The notes below the pieces were generated by a model, which did no database searches, had not been told where the DNA came from, and was given only the letters and a program-made list of their open reading frames with translations. Both the position numbers and the translations under genes were made by a program. 64,000 nucleotides of DNA from Trichodelitschia bisporula (Eukaryota), in contig ML996705.1 in the NCBI GenBank assembly GCA_010356995.1, positions 558,001 through 622,000 on the forward strand, given 5' to 3'. Of the stretch, positions 37,422-50,370 are shown piece by piece (the stretch's first letter is position 1; each line of letters begins with the position of its first letter).

Positions 37422-39900
37422 CTACCTGCGCAACCTCTTCGTGCCCCTCGGATTGTCTGAGGCATCCTCCACATCCGGTCCCCTTTTTGTCGTCTCGATG
37501 TGCGCCTCCGGCCCTAGGTTCTCGGGTCCTTCGTCCTCTGGCACTTCGTCCTCCATCTCTTCATCATCTGACTCTTCGTCCTCCATCTCTTCATCCTCTG
37601 ACTTTTCGTCCTCCACCTCCAGTCTCCTTTTCACCGCCTCGATTTCCGCCTCCAAATCTTCAGCTTCCTGCACGAGCCCCTGGTCCCGGTATACGAGCGC
37701 CAGACCGGCCATGGCCCACAATCTCCACTGATGCTCCTTCCCATATGTTCTCTTGTTCCCTTCCACTAATTGCATAAGCACCTCTTCGGCCTCCTTCATG
37801 CGCCCCTGATCCCAGTATATCCCTGCCAGGTGGTTCATGGCCCCCAATGTCCACTGACGCTCCTTCCCATGTGTGCTCTTGTCCACTTCTGCCAATTGTA
37901 CCCACATCTCTTCGGCCTCCTTCACGCGCCCCTGGTCCCGGTATACGCCCGCCAGATTGGCCATAGCCACTAATGTCCATCGATGCTCATTCCCATATGT
38001 TCTCTTGTTCCCTTCCACCAATTGTACAAACACCTCTTCGGCCTCCTTCATGCGCCCCTGGTCCCGGTATACCTCTGCCAGACGGCTCATGCTCCATGAT
38101 GTGTTCCCATTCCATTTCCCTAATACCCTCTCACACCATTCTACCACTTGCACGAGCAGCTCTTCGGCCTCTTCCAGGCGCCCCAGAATCCGGTATGCCC
38201 CCGCCAGGCTGCCCATGCCCTGATATGTGTATATGTTCTCCGTCCCCAATACTCTCTTTCTCCCGTCTACTACTTGTAGTAGCAGCTCTTCGGCCGCTTT
38301 CGCCCGTCCCTCGGGAGCACTTCGCCAAGCCGCAAAATCACCGTACGGGCCCGCTGAGCAAGGAGTTGTTGCTTGCGAAGCCAGTTTCGAGTCGCGAGGT
38401 GCACCAGCAGGTGAAGAGACACCGTGTCGCTGTCGATTCTGTGAAGAAACCGTAGGCGCGGAGAGTCACGATCGCATCTATCTCTTTTTTCCGAGGTTGC
38501 CTTGCAGGAAGAACAAGACTCAAGGGAATGACTTTCGAATCAATTCAAGATATGAAGGAAAGATATCCCGCTGCCAGAGGGGTATGGCATCGTATGTGCT
38601 CAAAGGAGATCAGCCATGTGGTGGCTACAGGGTCTGTTTTGCTTCGATGTGGGCCATCTTCTAGAAAACCCTCACTGAGAACTTCGATAACGTCCTCTTC
38701 TTGCTCCCCCAGTAGCGCCATGTAGTCCGCAATTCCAATTCCGCTCTCATTGATGTAGGCGGCAGCTTGAGCAAGAGCCAAAGGAAGATGAGTGAGCTGG
38801 GTAAAGAGCGCTTTGGCGTTCTCCGGGTCATTTGTGAACAACCCTTTTTTTTCAAGATAGCTTTCCATCAACGTGAAGGCCGACTCATCATCCAGGGGCT
38901 CGAGAGTGGAGATGTTGTGCTCTGCTAATCGGAGCGCCACCTTTCTGTCGCGCGTTGTGGAGAGGACGAAACCTTGCTTGCTCCTCGGGAGGCAGTCAAT
39001 CAAACGACCAGACTGCTGTTCCGGTGGATACCACATTTCAATGTCATCGGCGTTGTCGAAAACCAAAATCCAGCGACCGGCGTCGTCCTTGCTGAGATAA
39101 CTCTGCAAAAGCTGTGGAATGTGAACATCGGTCTGGTCCCAACCAGGTACATTGAGCTGTTGAGCTGCATTGCGGTAACCCTGTTGAAGGTTCGCCATGC
39201 TGGTTGCTGAAATCCAAATGACGGAGCAGTCGGTGTACTTTTCCTTTGCTCGTTAGGCCAGCTCCAAAGCCAGTTGTGTCTTGCCCACTCCTCCCAGGCC
39301 TGTGACGGCGATCGTTCGGCGTTCTGTTGGCACGACCATTTTTTCCTCGAGTTTGGCGAGCTGCGAGTCCCGGCCCGTAAATCGTAGATTCCGGTCGTAA
39401 GGAACAATCCAAGTTGCAGCTGCACAGAAGTTAGCCTTAATGTCACAATGCGAACGCGGCACTAACTGATCCTTTCCTAGTCGGCGGCAGCAGCAGTATG
39501 ACCCCTTTTGCGCACGCTGCCGCAGTTCCTGCCGCAAAGTCCTGCTAGCGGTCGTTCTTGTGTGAATCCGCGTAATCGCATATCCCGCGCACCACAAGGC
39601 ATGGAAGCTGGTTTATGAGCCCTGCGGCCTCCATCTCGAAGCATAGAACTCTGCCAAACTCCTTGCTGAGCCTGTCCCCTGATCACCGCTTTTTTTATGG
39701 CTTGATTGCCGGATGCGATAGTGCCGAAGTGGATGACGATATCCTCGCGACACTGCAGCCGCAGCACTTGGTGCTCTGCCATACATTTTGTGCAATCGCC
39801 CTCGTCTTTCTTGTGGGTGTAGTGAGCGTCGAACAAAATATCTGGCCCAGCGTCCTCCCTCCGAAACTGCATTTGTCGACCGGGTTTCACAAGATGGTCG
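37422..39900 (-). pseudogene. Degenerate fungal NLR: PNP_UDP (partial) - NB-ARC - TPR
   Basis: IHFGTIASGNQ and [12 protein letters not shown] (PNP_UDP); P-loop GLGGVGKTQLA; Walker B WILVFDNADD; LPLALAQAAAYI; about 5 to 6 TPRs of 42 aa. In-frame stops at 39545-39547 and 39253-39255 plus frameshifts. Confidence 0.88.
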
Positions 39901-40292
39901 ACAAGTTGCAGACTACCTTCGCGCTGTTTAGCCTTGAAAGTAGGGAAACCGGATGAGGGCGGCCACGACTTTTTCAGGTAGCCAACAGACGTTACTTCCT
40001 TAGCGGCCCAAGTGCACGGAATGATGTCACCAAAGCAACAACTGCTAGACGCCACCCAAACGCCATGTATACGAGCCTACAAATGCGCCCGGTAATCGCA
40101 CCCTACACGGCTTATACATGTGACGACGTAGCAACAAAGCCCTCAGCTGAGAACTTTCCCTCTCATCGCACACCCTTCTCCGCCTACGACACTACCTCAT
40201 CAACCTGACCACACCGACATATATACAGTACAACCTCACCACCAAAGCCCCTAAACCATCTCCTCACTAAAGTCGCTCAATCTGTCCGACCC

Positions 40293-40883
40293 TTAGCCTC
40301 CCATATAAGGCGACGCACTCCCCAGCGTCGGCGTCGGCGGCACAGGCGGGTAATACGACCCGCGGTCCGCAGCCGGCGGGCTATCCGGGTAAGGCGCTCG
40401 GGGCGAGCCCGACAAACCAAGCGGGCCGGATGCGCGTGAGCGAGACGAATCCGAGCCAGGCGTGCGCGGAACCGGTGCCGATACGCGCGCCGTCGCTTCC
40501 TCCCCTCCCCTCTGCACACCGCCCGCCGCCGGGCCAGCAGTCCCGCCGCGTACGGGACCCGGTGTCGGAGGATGCGGCTTGTCACGGTAAGACGCGGGTC
40601 GTGAGCTGTCCTTGGACCAAGTCGTTGAGCCTTCCATTTCGCGGAGCGGAGTGCGGCGGCCGGGGGCTGGGAGGATGCGCTTGTTGTATGTGGAGTTGGG
40701 GGGTGAGGGCGGGGGAAGGAGGGTGGTTTTTGGGCCAGGAGTGGATGGGGGGAAGTTGTAGGTGCGGTGGCGGGTGTGTCGGAGGAAGAGGGTTACGGCT
40801 AGGAGGGTGAGGAGGGAAGATATGATGGTTGTTGCGGCGAGGGCGAGGAGGAAGGTTTGGAGGGGGATTTGGGGGGGGGACAT
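40293..40883 (-). CDS. Small single-pass membrane, Pro-rich protein (hypothetical)
   Basis: N-terminal hydrophobic helix LLALAATTIISSLLTLLAVTLFL followed by basic RHTRHR and a disordered tail. Confidence 0.55.
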   Translation of the reverse strand: MSPPQIPLQTFLLALAATTIISSLLTLLAVTLFLRHTRHRTYNFPPSTPGPKTTLLPPPSPPNSTYNKRILPAPGRRTPLREMEGSTTWSKDSSRPASYRDKPHPPTPGPVRGGTAGPAAGGVQRGGEEATARVSAPVPRTPGSDSSRSRASGPLGLSGSPRAPYPDSPPAADRGSYYPPVPPTPTLGSASPYMGG

Positions 40884-42565
40884 TGTGGTCGGAGATGAGG
40901 TGAGGAACGCGGCTCGTGGAAGATGGAGGCTACCTTCGCCATCTACGCAGAGGAAACATGCACCTACGGCACCCGGCCAGATATATCATCCCCCGACGGC
41001 AGGCCCACCATCACGGTGGGCTGCCATGTTCGCAACCGGCATCACTGCACCGCTATGCTTGCAGCTAGATCACAACGCCATCTCCGCCTAAACAAAGCAC
41101 ATATGAATCGTATGGCAGGCAGGTCGCGTTTCCAGGCGGGCTGGCGCTTAAATGCAGGCGCATGTTTCAGCGCTGGGCTCGCGCGATGCGGGATCTCTGC
41201 AAGATTTGGCCTGCAGATACTCTTCTCACTAGTTTACGCATCCCCTTCGGAGCAATATACTCACCCAGACGGACTGGATATCCACGGCCGTGAATTCGTC
41301 GTGCTGATGGCGACGTGAAGTTGCGATCCTAGTGTGTGGAGATATGACCCGTGCGCAAGGCTGAGCAATTCGGCGCCCCGCAATCAGCGGGTCCACCACG
41401 CGGAAGTGGAGACTGTCGACTCGGCATCACACACCAGGGGGCGCATAAAAGCCATTCCGCCCGCGATTTCTTTCCTCGCTTTGCACGCATTGCTATCAAG
41501 CCTAAACGGGCGGAGAGGCGCAGCATAGCGTGCGGGTGTTGGAAGCTGTATGCAGCTTCACGATTGGCGCGGCGCGGGTTTCAGAGTGCGCTGCTGGGGG
41601 CCTGGATGTGATGCTTTTACGGCATTTTTGGTCGGTTACAGCCAGTCTCGCGATGCTTGTGGCGCTAATGCGGTGCAATTAATGGCCTTTACACCTGCCT
41701 GATCGTCTACACTCACATTCTGGACCCCAGTGCACCATTAATGGCTCTCATATCTTGCGGCATGCACGCATGAGATACAACCTATTGTAGATCCCCGCGC
41801 TCTGATGTTGCCCTAAGGCAGGCGCATCGTGCCGTTGGAAGGAACATTCATATGTATCCTAGGAAAGTGCGCACCAATATCAGAAGAAGCTGTATCTTTT
41901 ATTCTTGGAGGGCGCACCAACATCAGAAGGAGCAGTAACCTTATCCCTTATTCTTGGAGGAAAGGACAGGCGGATGCTTTCAATACGGGTGCATAAGGGA
42001 TCAAGGCATTATGCCAGGTATGACTACAAGACAGGATACTTAGTTCGAAGGACTATAGCACTCTTAAGAGAAGGGGCTTGCCAGGGGAAGGCGTAAATGT
42101 CATGAGATGCATATGCGCATGACTGACGTATCCGTGGTATCTTAGCACGGCTTCGCCGCTCCCTCTCCCTCCCATCTCTTCACTCTGCACTCGTCGCCCG
42201 CACATGCTTACGCTATGCCCATCTACCAATGAACACAGCACACACACAAATCCCGCGACACGCAACCAACTTTCAAAACCAGCATCGAATTCATCAAACC
42301 CTACATAACCCGGAACCCGTCCGTCCGGCTAGCCAGCATCAATCATGACCCGCCAGCATCTCGCATCCATCCCCAAACTCTTAGCGACAAGATTACACAG
42401 TAACCCTCCCGTCATACAATCGAATCGAAGAAACCCCAATACACGCCAAAAAAACCCGGGGTATATCGCCCACCATGCACACCATACGCGCGCCCAGGCC
42501 CAGCCGGGGACCCCGCGAAACCCCAAACACCCGAACGACTCGTTAACTCAAAAGCGTGGCCCAGC

Positions 42566-42943
42566 CTACACCAAAACCACTCCCGCCATCAACGCGGCGA
42601 TGCCGACTCCCCACGCGCCCACACGCACCGCAGCACCCCCGTTCGTCCCAGGCGTATAAACCGCCGGACTGGGCGCCTTCGGCACGCCCGTCCCTGTCGC
42701 GATAGGGGCCACGCGCGTCCCGTTACCGGCGAAGTGAGACGGCAGCGCGGTGCCGTAGCTGGCGGGCCAGGTGGAGGCAGGGACGACGGGTGGCGGCGTG
42801 CCGGTGTGCACTTCGGTGGTGACGCGGACGACGGTGCGGGTGGAGGTGAGGGTTGTTGTCCCGGTGTCAGCGGAGGAGGCGGCGGGGGAGGGGGCGTAGG
42901 CGGCGAGGGCCAGGGCGGGGAGGGCGAGGAGGGTGAAGCGCAT
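42566..42943 (-). CDS. Small secreted Ser/Thr/Pro-rich, probably GPI-anchored cell-wall protein
   Basis: AAAATG start, signal MRFTLLALPALALA, Thr-rich body, NGT sequon, C-terminal NGG plus hydrophobic tail VGAWGVGIAALMAGVVLV. Confidence 0.8.
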   Translation of the reverse strand: MRFTLLALPALALAAYAPSPAASSADTGTTTLTSTRTVVRVTTEVHTGTPPPVVPASTWPASYGTALPSHFAGNGTRVAPIATGTGVPKAPSPAVYTPGTNGGAAVRVGAWGVGIAALMAGVVLV

Positions 42944-45214
42944 TTTGGTGGTTGGGATGGTGAGGTTGGTAAGGAGGTGGTTGTAGTTGGTAGGTGGTGA
43001 GGTGGAGAGGTGGTGGTATGTTCTGGTGAAGTATGTGCTTGCACAAAACGTAATCGATATCGAAGCCGAAAAGAGTGACGGCCTGCGTAAAGAGCGAGTG
43101 ACAGAGATCGAATCCAAGTGAGCGTGATTGCGTTCCAGCGGAAAAAAGACTCACACGAAGCCGGGCGACACCGCCCATTTACATCCCCTCCGTCGGGGGG
43201 AGGCTCATTTCCCTCACCCCACCGCGCCCGTACAGACCTCCCAGTCATTTCCCGCAAAACAAGGGACGGGTGCCCAAACAAGGGGCGCAGCGGAGCGCCG
43301 CCGTCCATGGGCCCAAACAAAGCGCGGTCCGCCTCCCGCCCTGTCCACACAAAGATCCCTGACTCCAGTGGGTTCATTGGTCGAGTGGACGCCGTTTTCG
43401 GGCTAGTCAGGTACGCCGCGGAGGCTGGAGTGAAACGGCGGCGATGGGTGGGCCCGCGCCGCGAGTGAGGGAGTGGAGCGGAGATGGCGCAGGATGCAAT
43501 CGATAACCCGCAGCGACAGCGCATGCGTAGCGGCGCGATCGCATCGCACCGCATCGCGTGAAGGATGGAGCCGCGATGGAGCCGCGCTCGGTCGGGTCTC
43601 CACAGAAGCACAACGTCAACCGACCTCGCCTGACTGCGCACACAACCCATTTCCGACTCCGAACCAAACGCCCAACCCCCCCCCGGCTCTCAGCGTCTCA
43701 GGTGTCTCCAGCGCCTACGCCGCAGCAGTGACTCGTACCAACTTACCGCGGGCCCGCCCAGCAAACTCAACCCACGAAATGGCCGGCCAATGTGCGATCG
43801 ACGTCATCTCCGGTCCCAGGGCAATCCGCGGCCCGGGCACTCGCACACCCTCATTGACCGAGGAAGTGCAGTCGACGAATCGTGGCCCCTCCCCGAGCGG
43901 GGGGAAACGTGGTTAGGGCCGGGGGAGGGATGGGGCCGATCTCGGTGGTGGTGTGCTGGCGCACACCTCACCTTCACCGGCCTTGTGGGCATGGTAACCA
44001 TGGTGCCACGGCATATATCCAGCCGCCGCGAGAACTGCGTGCGCTGTTCGTATCGCATTCCCCCTCAGCACAGCAGGTGCAGGAACTCGCGCCGCCCGCT
44101 CTAGTTCTACAGTTCGGAAATGCGCGAGTGCGACGCCGTGACGGTGCACCAGGCACGGACGGCGGAGGTGATTTGCGCGGGGCGGGGATGGCCCGGTTGT
44201 AGGTTCGGTATGGGTAGGGGTTTGTGGGTTGGGGCCGAGATGGTTTACGGCGCGCCGGTTGAGTAGTCTGATGCTGCGGGAAGGAGTCAGACGCGGAGAC
44301 CGGGCCGGTGGGGAGGGAGAGGTGGGGTGAAGGGTGAGAGGTCGGGGACGACGTTGAGGGTCCGGCTTCGGCGTAGTCAGGTTGCGACGTCGTCGGTACG
44401 TAGACGGTGAGCGATGGCAGGGATATCGCGTGCGCAACTCCAAAAAGCGAGCGCTCAACATGCACTCTAAGCGTGGAACACACATGGAAAACCTCGAAGC
44501 GCAAGCAAGGGGTACACATTCGCACCGCACTGCACACAGATCCCTAGGCATATTTTTCCGGTCCCCCACTGTCGTGCTCCCTAGGCACCACCATACATAC
44601 GAGCAGCTACCTCATTCCTACATCCGGACTCGGGCAACAACCAGCCGGATACGAGCCCAGCATCACATCTATCATAATTCTACCATAGCACTCTATCCAC
44701 CCCCGCCGCAAATCGTAAGCGTTACGGCAAGGCAACCAGCCCTATTACCAGACCTCGCCCCCATGAACTCAAGCGCTGGGCCGTCGCCGGAAGTGTGGCC
44801 TGTGCGGCGCGCGTTGCCGTTGTGATTTCGGCGGTGCTCTATGCGGTTGTTCTATGGAGTTGCTGCTTCCGGCGATATAGTGAGATGTTTATGCGGGCAT
44901 TCCCCCGCCTGTTATGGGTCTGTTGCGGCGCAACGGCGAGCTTGCTTGCGCGGAGCCGGTTTGTGATGCCGAATTTATGCACAACTATGTTGTGATATGT
45001 GCTGGCTGCTATTGTAAGCTCGGTCGTTGTTGTTGCTCTATGGTGGGGGCTGAGGTCGTGAGGTTCGCGATGGTGATTATGCCAAAAACAAAGACGTCAA
45101 TCGCGCAATCCCGCCACATTCCCCTCCTCAAAGCGCAAAAAGCTGTCACATACGCCACATGTTACGATCAGACAAAGAGAATGGTCAAAGAAAAAAAAAA
45201 AAGTATAAGGGCAT

Positions 45215-45307
45215 TGAACCCGACCCGACTTGAACGGATAACCTTCTGGAGACTCGTCGTCATTCCATTTGCTGGAATCAGATGCGCTACCGTTGCGCCA
45301 CGGGTCC
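45215..45307 (-). tRNA. tRNA-Trp(CCA) with 21-nt intron (45251-45271)
   Basis: Minus strand reads GGACCCG TG GCGC AACGGTA GCGC A TCTGA TTCCAG^T CCAGA AGGTT ATCCG TTCAAGT CGGGT CGGGTTC A; T12 terminator downstream (A run 45191-45202 on plus). Confidence 0.92.
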
Positions 45308-45867
45308 AATTTTGATGACAAAAAAGGTGTTAGGCATAATGTTAAATGCTTATTAAGTGTTCAACCAGTGATGTCAGCGCCTTCCTCCCATGAAAGACCA
45401 AGGGCTAACCAAAAAATGTCATGCCGCCCCGGCGACTAGTTCTAGCCCTCTGCCAAATTTTGGAGAGAGGAGGACATGACTTTTCCAGGTAGCCCTTGGA
45501 GGTCTGCAAGATCCAGTCCTGTCGTTCTTTGACGGGCGGAGGTCCGTACTTAACGTCTTTCAGAAGTTCATTGTCCGTTGCCATGAAAGGCATATTCCGC
45601 ATCATTCAGGTCAATTCCCTTCAGCGATACACACGCTCTAGATTCCGCATCCCGCGCTAGCCAACTTCCAAGGTTGAACTGTTGATCGACACCTCCAGCT
45701 CGCTGCAGGCGTGACATCACCACAAACGCCGCGCAGCATGAAAGGCCGCGCACCCGCAGCGCCGGTCCGCGGGAAGCATTTGAACCTACAAAGAACTTCT
45801 CGGGCACTTGCAAACACGCCTCGGACACCTACATATCTCATCTCAAACCTCATACAAACACTGTACC

Positions 45868-46200
45868 ATGCCATTCCTCCGCCTCATCCCCGTCCGCACC
45901 CTCCGCACCCTCCGTCCCCAACCGCGGGCCCCACGCTATCTCCAGTCTCGCGCGCTGTCTCTCACCCCGCGCTGGCAACTGAAAGAAGACGGCGACCGCA
46001 GCCCCGAGCAACTTGAGAAGAAGAAGCAGGAGCAGATCGAGAAGCAGAAGAAGGGGGAGGGGCATTGGCATGAGGAGCTGGCGAGCAGTGGGGAGACGGC
46101 GGTGAAGGCGGATCGCGAGGATGTGGATGATCATGGGGAGCATGTGGAGAACTTGCAGCAGGAGACGGTGGAGCAGACGAAGGGGGATAAGGGGCGGTAG
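45868..46200 (+). CDS. Small fungal protein with mitochondrial-presequence-like N-terminus
   Basis: Arg-rich, acid-free leader RTLRTLR..RALSLTPRWQLKE, then motif KQEQIEKQKKGEGHWHEELASSGETAVKADR. Confidence 0.78.
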   Translation: MPFLRLIPVRTLRTLRPQPRAPRYLQSRALSLTPRWQLKEDGDRSPEQLEKKKQEQIEKQKKGEGHWHEELASSGETAVKADREDVDDHGEHVENLQQETVEQTKGDKGR

Positions 46201-47563
46201 ATGAGGTTGGGTACGGCACTGGATTGCAGTACCAGGGGGCAGAGGTTCTTTGATTTTGGTTTGGAAGACCTCAGCGCGATGAGCCAAAGTCCAAAGCGGA
46301 GCCTTTTCAATATGAGCAACATAGACAGAGACTGTCGTTTTCCCTAGCTACCGCGCCGGACGGACCCTTCCCCCTCGGGAGGAAATCCGATATCCATGGC
46401 GCAACAGTCTTGTCTGGGTTGTTGATGTTGAACAGGCATCGCTTTGGGTTTTGGCCCGTCTCGTTCAAGTCTTTCGAATCAATGAGACTCTGACATACAT
46501 CCGTATAGGAAAGTGATTGGAGGGGATGGGTTGCTTTTGATGGGGTTTGCTGACAGATCCGACTGCTGGTTGGAAGGTGTAGAGTTGCACATAGCACCAT
46601 TGCACGCGATCACCGCCGTTGGCGAAGGATAGGTTCTTGCCATTTAAACGAGAGTCGATTTATCACCAACTGTTGCACTACTTGACTTGCTCCTTGAGTC
46701 CTCAGCTATGAATCCTTGAAGGCCCGCATACATCTGTTGTCTCTCCCAACGGAACCATTCGCAGCGAAAGTCAGGACGTTTATAAATTAAAAGTCGAATG
46801 GATTGACGAGCCGAAGTAAGAGCTGGCTTTTCGCCGACAGGACATCCAGCATTTGCCGAGAGCAGCCGGGAGCGGAACTTGCCCGCCTCGCGTGATGGAC
46901 ATCTAGAAGCTCTCCAGAGACGGCAAGCGGTAGACTATGGAGATGAAGCGGGTAAAATCCTGGATGCTTGCGTCGACACAGCTTGCACTCCATAACCATG
47001 AGCAGAAAATAGATGACTGCAGAGCAAGGCGTGTCAACACCTGTTTTCGTAGCAAAGCCGAGGGGTAAGCTGCAGCAAGAACTAGGATTGTTTTTGTTGA
47101 ACAGCAGAGAATGACGGGCGAGAGATGGCAAGCATCAGTCAATCAACGTTTCGATCCCATCCTGACGACTCGCTTTCTAACGTCGATCTGAGAGGTGAAG
47201 CAACAGACGAGTCGCTGTCGGAGAGTTATTGTCACCGTCGTTTGTCATCGCCACAGTCGCGAACACCAGCCACGTGCGTGCACGGCCACGAGTTACCTCA
47301 CTGTTAGCCAATTCCTGGGCCAAGTGCAAAAGGAGCAACTTGTTCCTCCTCTCTCTCACCGCGACTTCCCTTTCAACCCACAACTATCACCGAAATAAGA
47401 CGCACAACGCCATTACTCCCCGCTACTGCTGGCCGACCACCTCCCGGGCCATCCTCATTCCTCTCCGCCTCCTACATCCTCCACCAACCGCCGGTTCTCA
47501 CCCATCCAACCTCCTTCCTCACCCATCCACCACCAAACCCCACATGTCACTCCATTGAGAGCC

Positions 47564-49757
47564 ATGGACCTCTCCCCCAGTGGCGCCTGCGCCCGCGGGT
47601 TGGCTGCGCCGGGCCAACGACACACAACGCACCTCACCAGCAACGGCACCGCCAGCACCACCCACCCGCCAGCATCAGCACACGACCCGCGCACCGCGCA
47701 CGCCGAACCCGATCCATCATCCAGCGCGCCCAGATCACAACAAGGGCAAGCGGCGTCATCGCATCAGCAGCCGCAACAACAACAACAACAACAACAACAA
47801 CAACCACAACCCTCTCACCAACGCACGCACTCCCCCCCCCCCCCCCCCCCCCNNNNNNNNNNCAACCCTCTCACCAACGCACGCACTCCCCCCCCCCCTC
47901 ACCCTCCCACCCAAACCCCCACCGGAGAAAACACCTAGTAGGAGGCAGCCGCCTCACCCAGCGCACCGCCTCCGCGCGCGCCCTCTCCCGCGCCGCCTCC
48001 CAGTCCTCGATCCACCCGCCCACGCCCAGCGGGACACACGTGTCCTTCGCCCCTCCGCTGCACGCACGCACCGCCTCCGCAAACGCAGCCTCCGCGTCCC
48101 CCAGTCCGCGTCCCCAGCCCCCCCAGGTGCGTCGGAATGCCTCCGTCCTCGTAGCGCCGCGCACGAGCAACCTGGCCGCCCTGAAGCGCAACGCGTCGTC
48201 CGGGCAGCTGCCGCGCGCCGCGAGCCGCTCCGCGTTGGCGAAGAAGCCGGTTCAGGCCGAAGCGAGTACCGAGCCCCCGCGGCCGCAGCCGACGGTAAGG
48301 TTTGCACTGGGCGAGGATAAGAATAGCGACGAGGAGGATTCGGACGACGGGTGGACCGAGGAGAGCGCCTCGCAAGGCCATAATAGTCCCGAGGCCACGC
48401 GCCGCAATTCCATCGCCGGCGGTGAGGCCATGCGCATTGCTGCTGACATGCCCTCGGAACCCGCTGAGCCGGCACCGCCGGCGCCCAAGCGCATCGTGAG
48501 CGACACGCCACGTCTCGCACCGCCGCTGCCGAATCAATCCTTCCTTCCCCGCACCGTGTCCGCCGATGTCCTCACCAGCCGCCTGCTCTCCCGCACCTCG
48601 AGCGCTACATACGTCGCGCCGCAGCTCAGCATCGTGTCTGCAACCGGCGTGCCTCTCCTCCACGGCTCGACCCTGAACCACACGCCCCAAACCACCGATT
48701 CTTACCCTCCTGTCCCGAGCGGGTCTTCAGGCCGCGACCTCGTTTCCCGATTCATAACCCCCGGCACAGGGAGCGCCAGCACGCGCAGTCCTCACCTGTC
48801 CAAAACGCCGCCTTCACGCACCAACATCTCTCCTCCACCGCGGCAACCGAAATCGCCAGCCTCGTCCCATCCACCTGGAGCGGCGCTGAGTCTCCCCCCG
48901 AGCCGGACACAGAAGAAGTTACTCCTCCAAAGAGCGAGCTCGAATCTCGAACCACCGCGCCAGGGCGTAGTTCCGGCTATTCTACCGAGCGGCAGGCCAG
49001 GCGCAACCAAGCTCCTCCAAGCCCACCAAGCCCAGGCCCTCGCCGCGAAGGCCTACGCCCAAGCCCAAGCCCAAGCCCAGAACGGCGATGACGGTGCGGG
49101 GGGTCTTGGGATTGTGGGCATGCCGGGGCCTGTCAATGCTCCGGGCGCGGGTGTGGGCAGGCCGATGGCGGGCGGGATAGTACTGGGTGCGGGAGGCTTG
49201 CCGGGGGTTAATCTCCCCGCGCAGATTAGAGCTGTGTTTGAGCAGGCTGGACGGCAGTACGGTGTTGTCCGCCGTTTTAGGGATCCGCTTAGGGATGCGG
49301 TTGCGCGGATGGGGGTGGGGGAGGAAGACGAGGGGAGTGTGAGGACGGAGAGTACGAGGGCGGGGAGTGAGAGGACTGTTGTGGAGGGGGGGGGGGATGG
49401 GAGACGCCAGCAAAGACCCGTGCAGCGCGGCAGCGTGTATCCGTCGGCGGTGGAGAGTAGGCCGGGCACGGCGGCGGAGGAGGAGCATGAGCCGCTGCAT
49501 CGGCCGGGTACGCTTACGGCACCGCAGATGCAGGGGCGGCAGCAGCGCCGGGCTCCGAGGGTTAGTTTCGATCTTCATCCGAGTAGTAGGGCGAGTGAGG
49601 AGGGGGATGATGATAGTGGGGGGAGTACGNNNNNNNNNNNNNNNNNNNNNNNNNNNNNNNNNNNNNNNNNNNNNNNNNNNNNNNNNNNNNNNNNNNNNGG
49701 GATGGGGGGGAGGAGGTTTGTCGCAGGCTTTGGGGGTTGGGGATGGGGGATGGGTGA
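47564..49757 (+). CDS. TCO89: TORC1 subunit Tco89-like protein (interrupted by two assembly gaps)
   Basis: RKHLVGGSRL, LKRNASSGQL, SRTQKKLLLQRASSNLE, YGVVRRFRDPL; probable end EEVCRRLW..TGA at 49757. N gaps at 47853-47862 and 49630-49698. Confidence 0.72.
47774..47803 (+). repeat. (CAA)10 microsatellite encoding polyQ
   Basis: Direct reading of the sequence. Confidence 0.9.
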
Positions 49758-50368
49758 TTGTTTGAGGGGAGGATAAGAGCGAGCATTAAGGCATTGGGAG
49801 GAGTGTGTGTACATGGTGTCTGTCGTGTACTGGTCGTAGTATCGGTATCGGAGGGGGAGGAGAGGAGAGGAATGGTAACAGTCTTATAGGGTTAGAGTCA
49901 TGGTTGTGTTGAACGGGTACGGTGTATGTTCATCCAAGCATTGCCAATGGAGCTGGGTATGGTATGATTGCGTCAACATCAACGGAGGTGCATATCTGGT
50001 CCGGTGTTCCCCAAAGCTTATTCTTCATGTCTGTTGTACTTAGTCTTAAGGCTTAAAAGGGAGTGATGTTGTAGCTTCATCCAAGCAATCACATCACCAA
50101 CAGAGCTGCATGCATATCCGGTGTCTCAAAGCCTAGCATTTCATATGTCCATCGTGCCCCAAGCCCTACTCCAAACTCTCATCCCCAGGAACAACATCGC
50201 CGCCGTGGCTGGCGACGTAAACCACGCCCCCCATCCATCGCTCGCTCTATAGCGTACCCAACACGATACAATAAACGCCCGCAGTATGCCGCTCAAACAT
50301 CCGCAGCCGTCACCCTCCAGCTCAGACTTCTTCTCTTCCACAGCGAGGCAGGCCGCCCGCGACCTCCC

Positions 50369-50370
<2 letters not shown>

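Noticed and set aside
41869..41960. Degenerate ~43-bp tandem duplication (similar small ones at 24253-24284 and about 49930-50140)
   Set aside because: Ordinary local slippage; no terminal repeats or transposase to support a mobile element.
43100..45100. Many overlapping ORFs upstream of the GPI protein gene
   Set aside because: GC-rich promoter or intergenic DNA; no coherent codon bias, motifs or splice structure found.
47807..47898. Direct repeat CAACCCTCTCACCAACGCACGCACTCCC on both sides of the 10-N gap
   Set aside because: Contig-end overlap at a poly-C run, an assembly artefact; collapsing it plausibly restores one Tco89-like frame.
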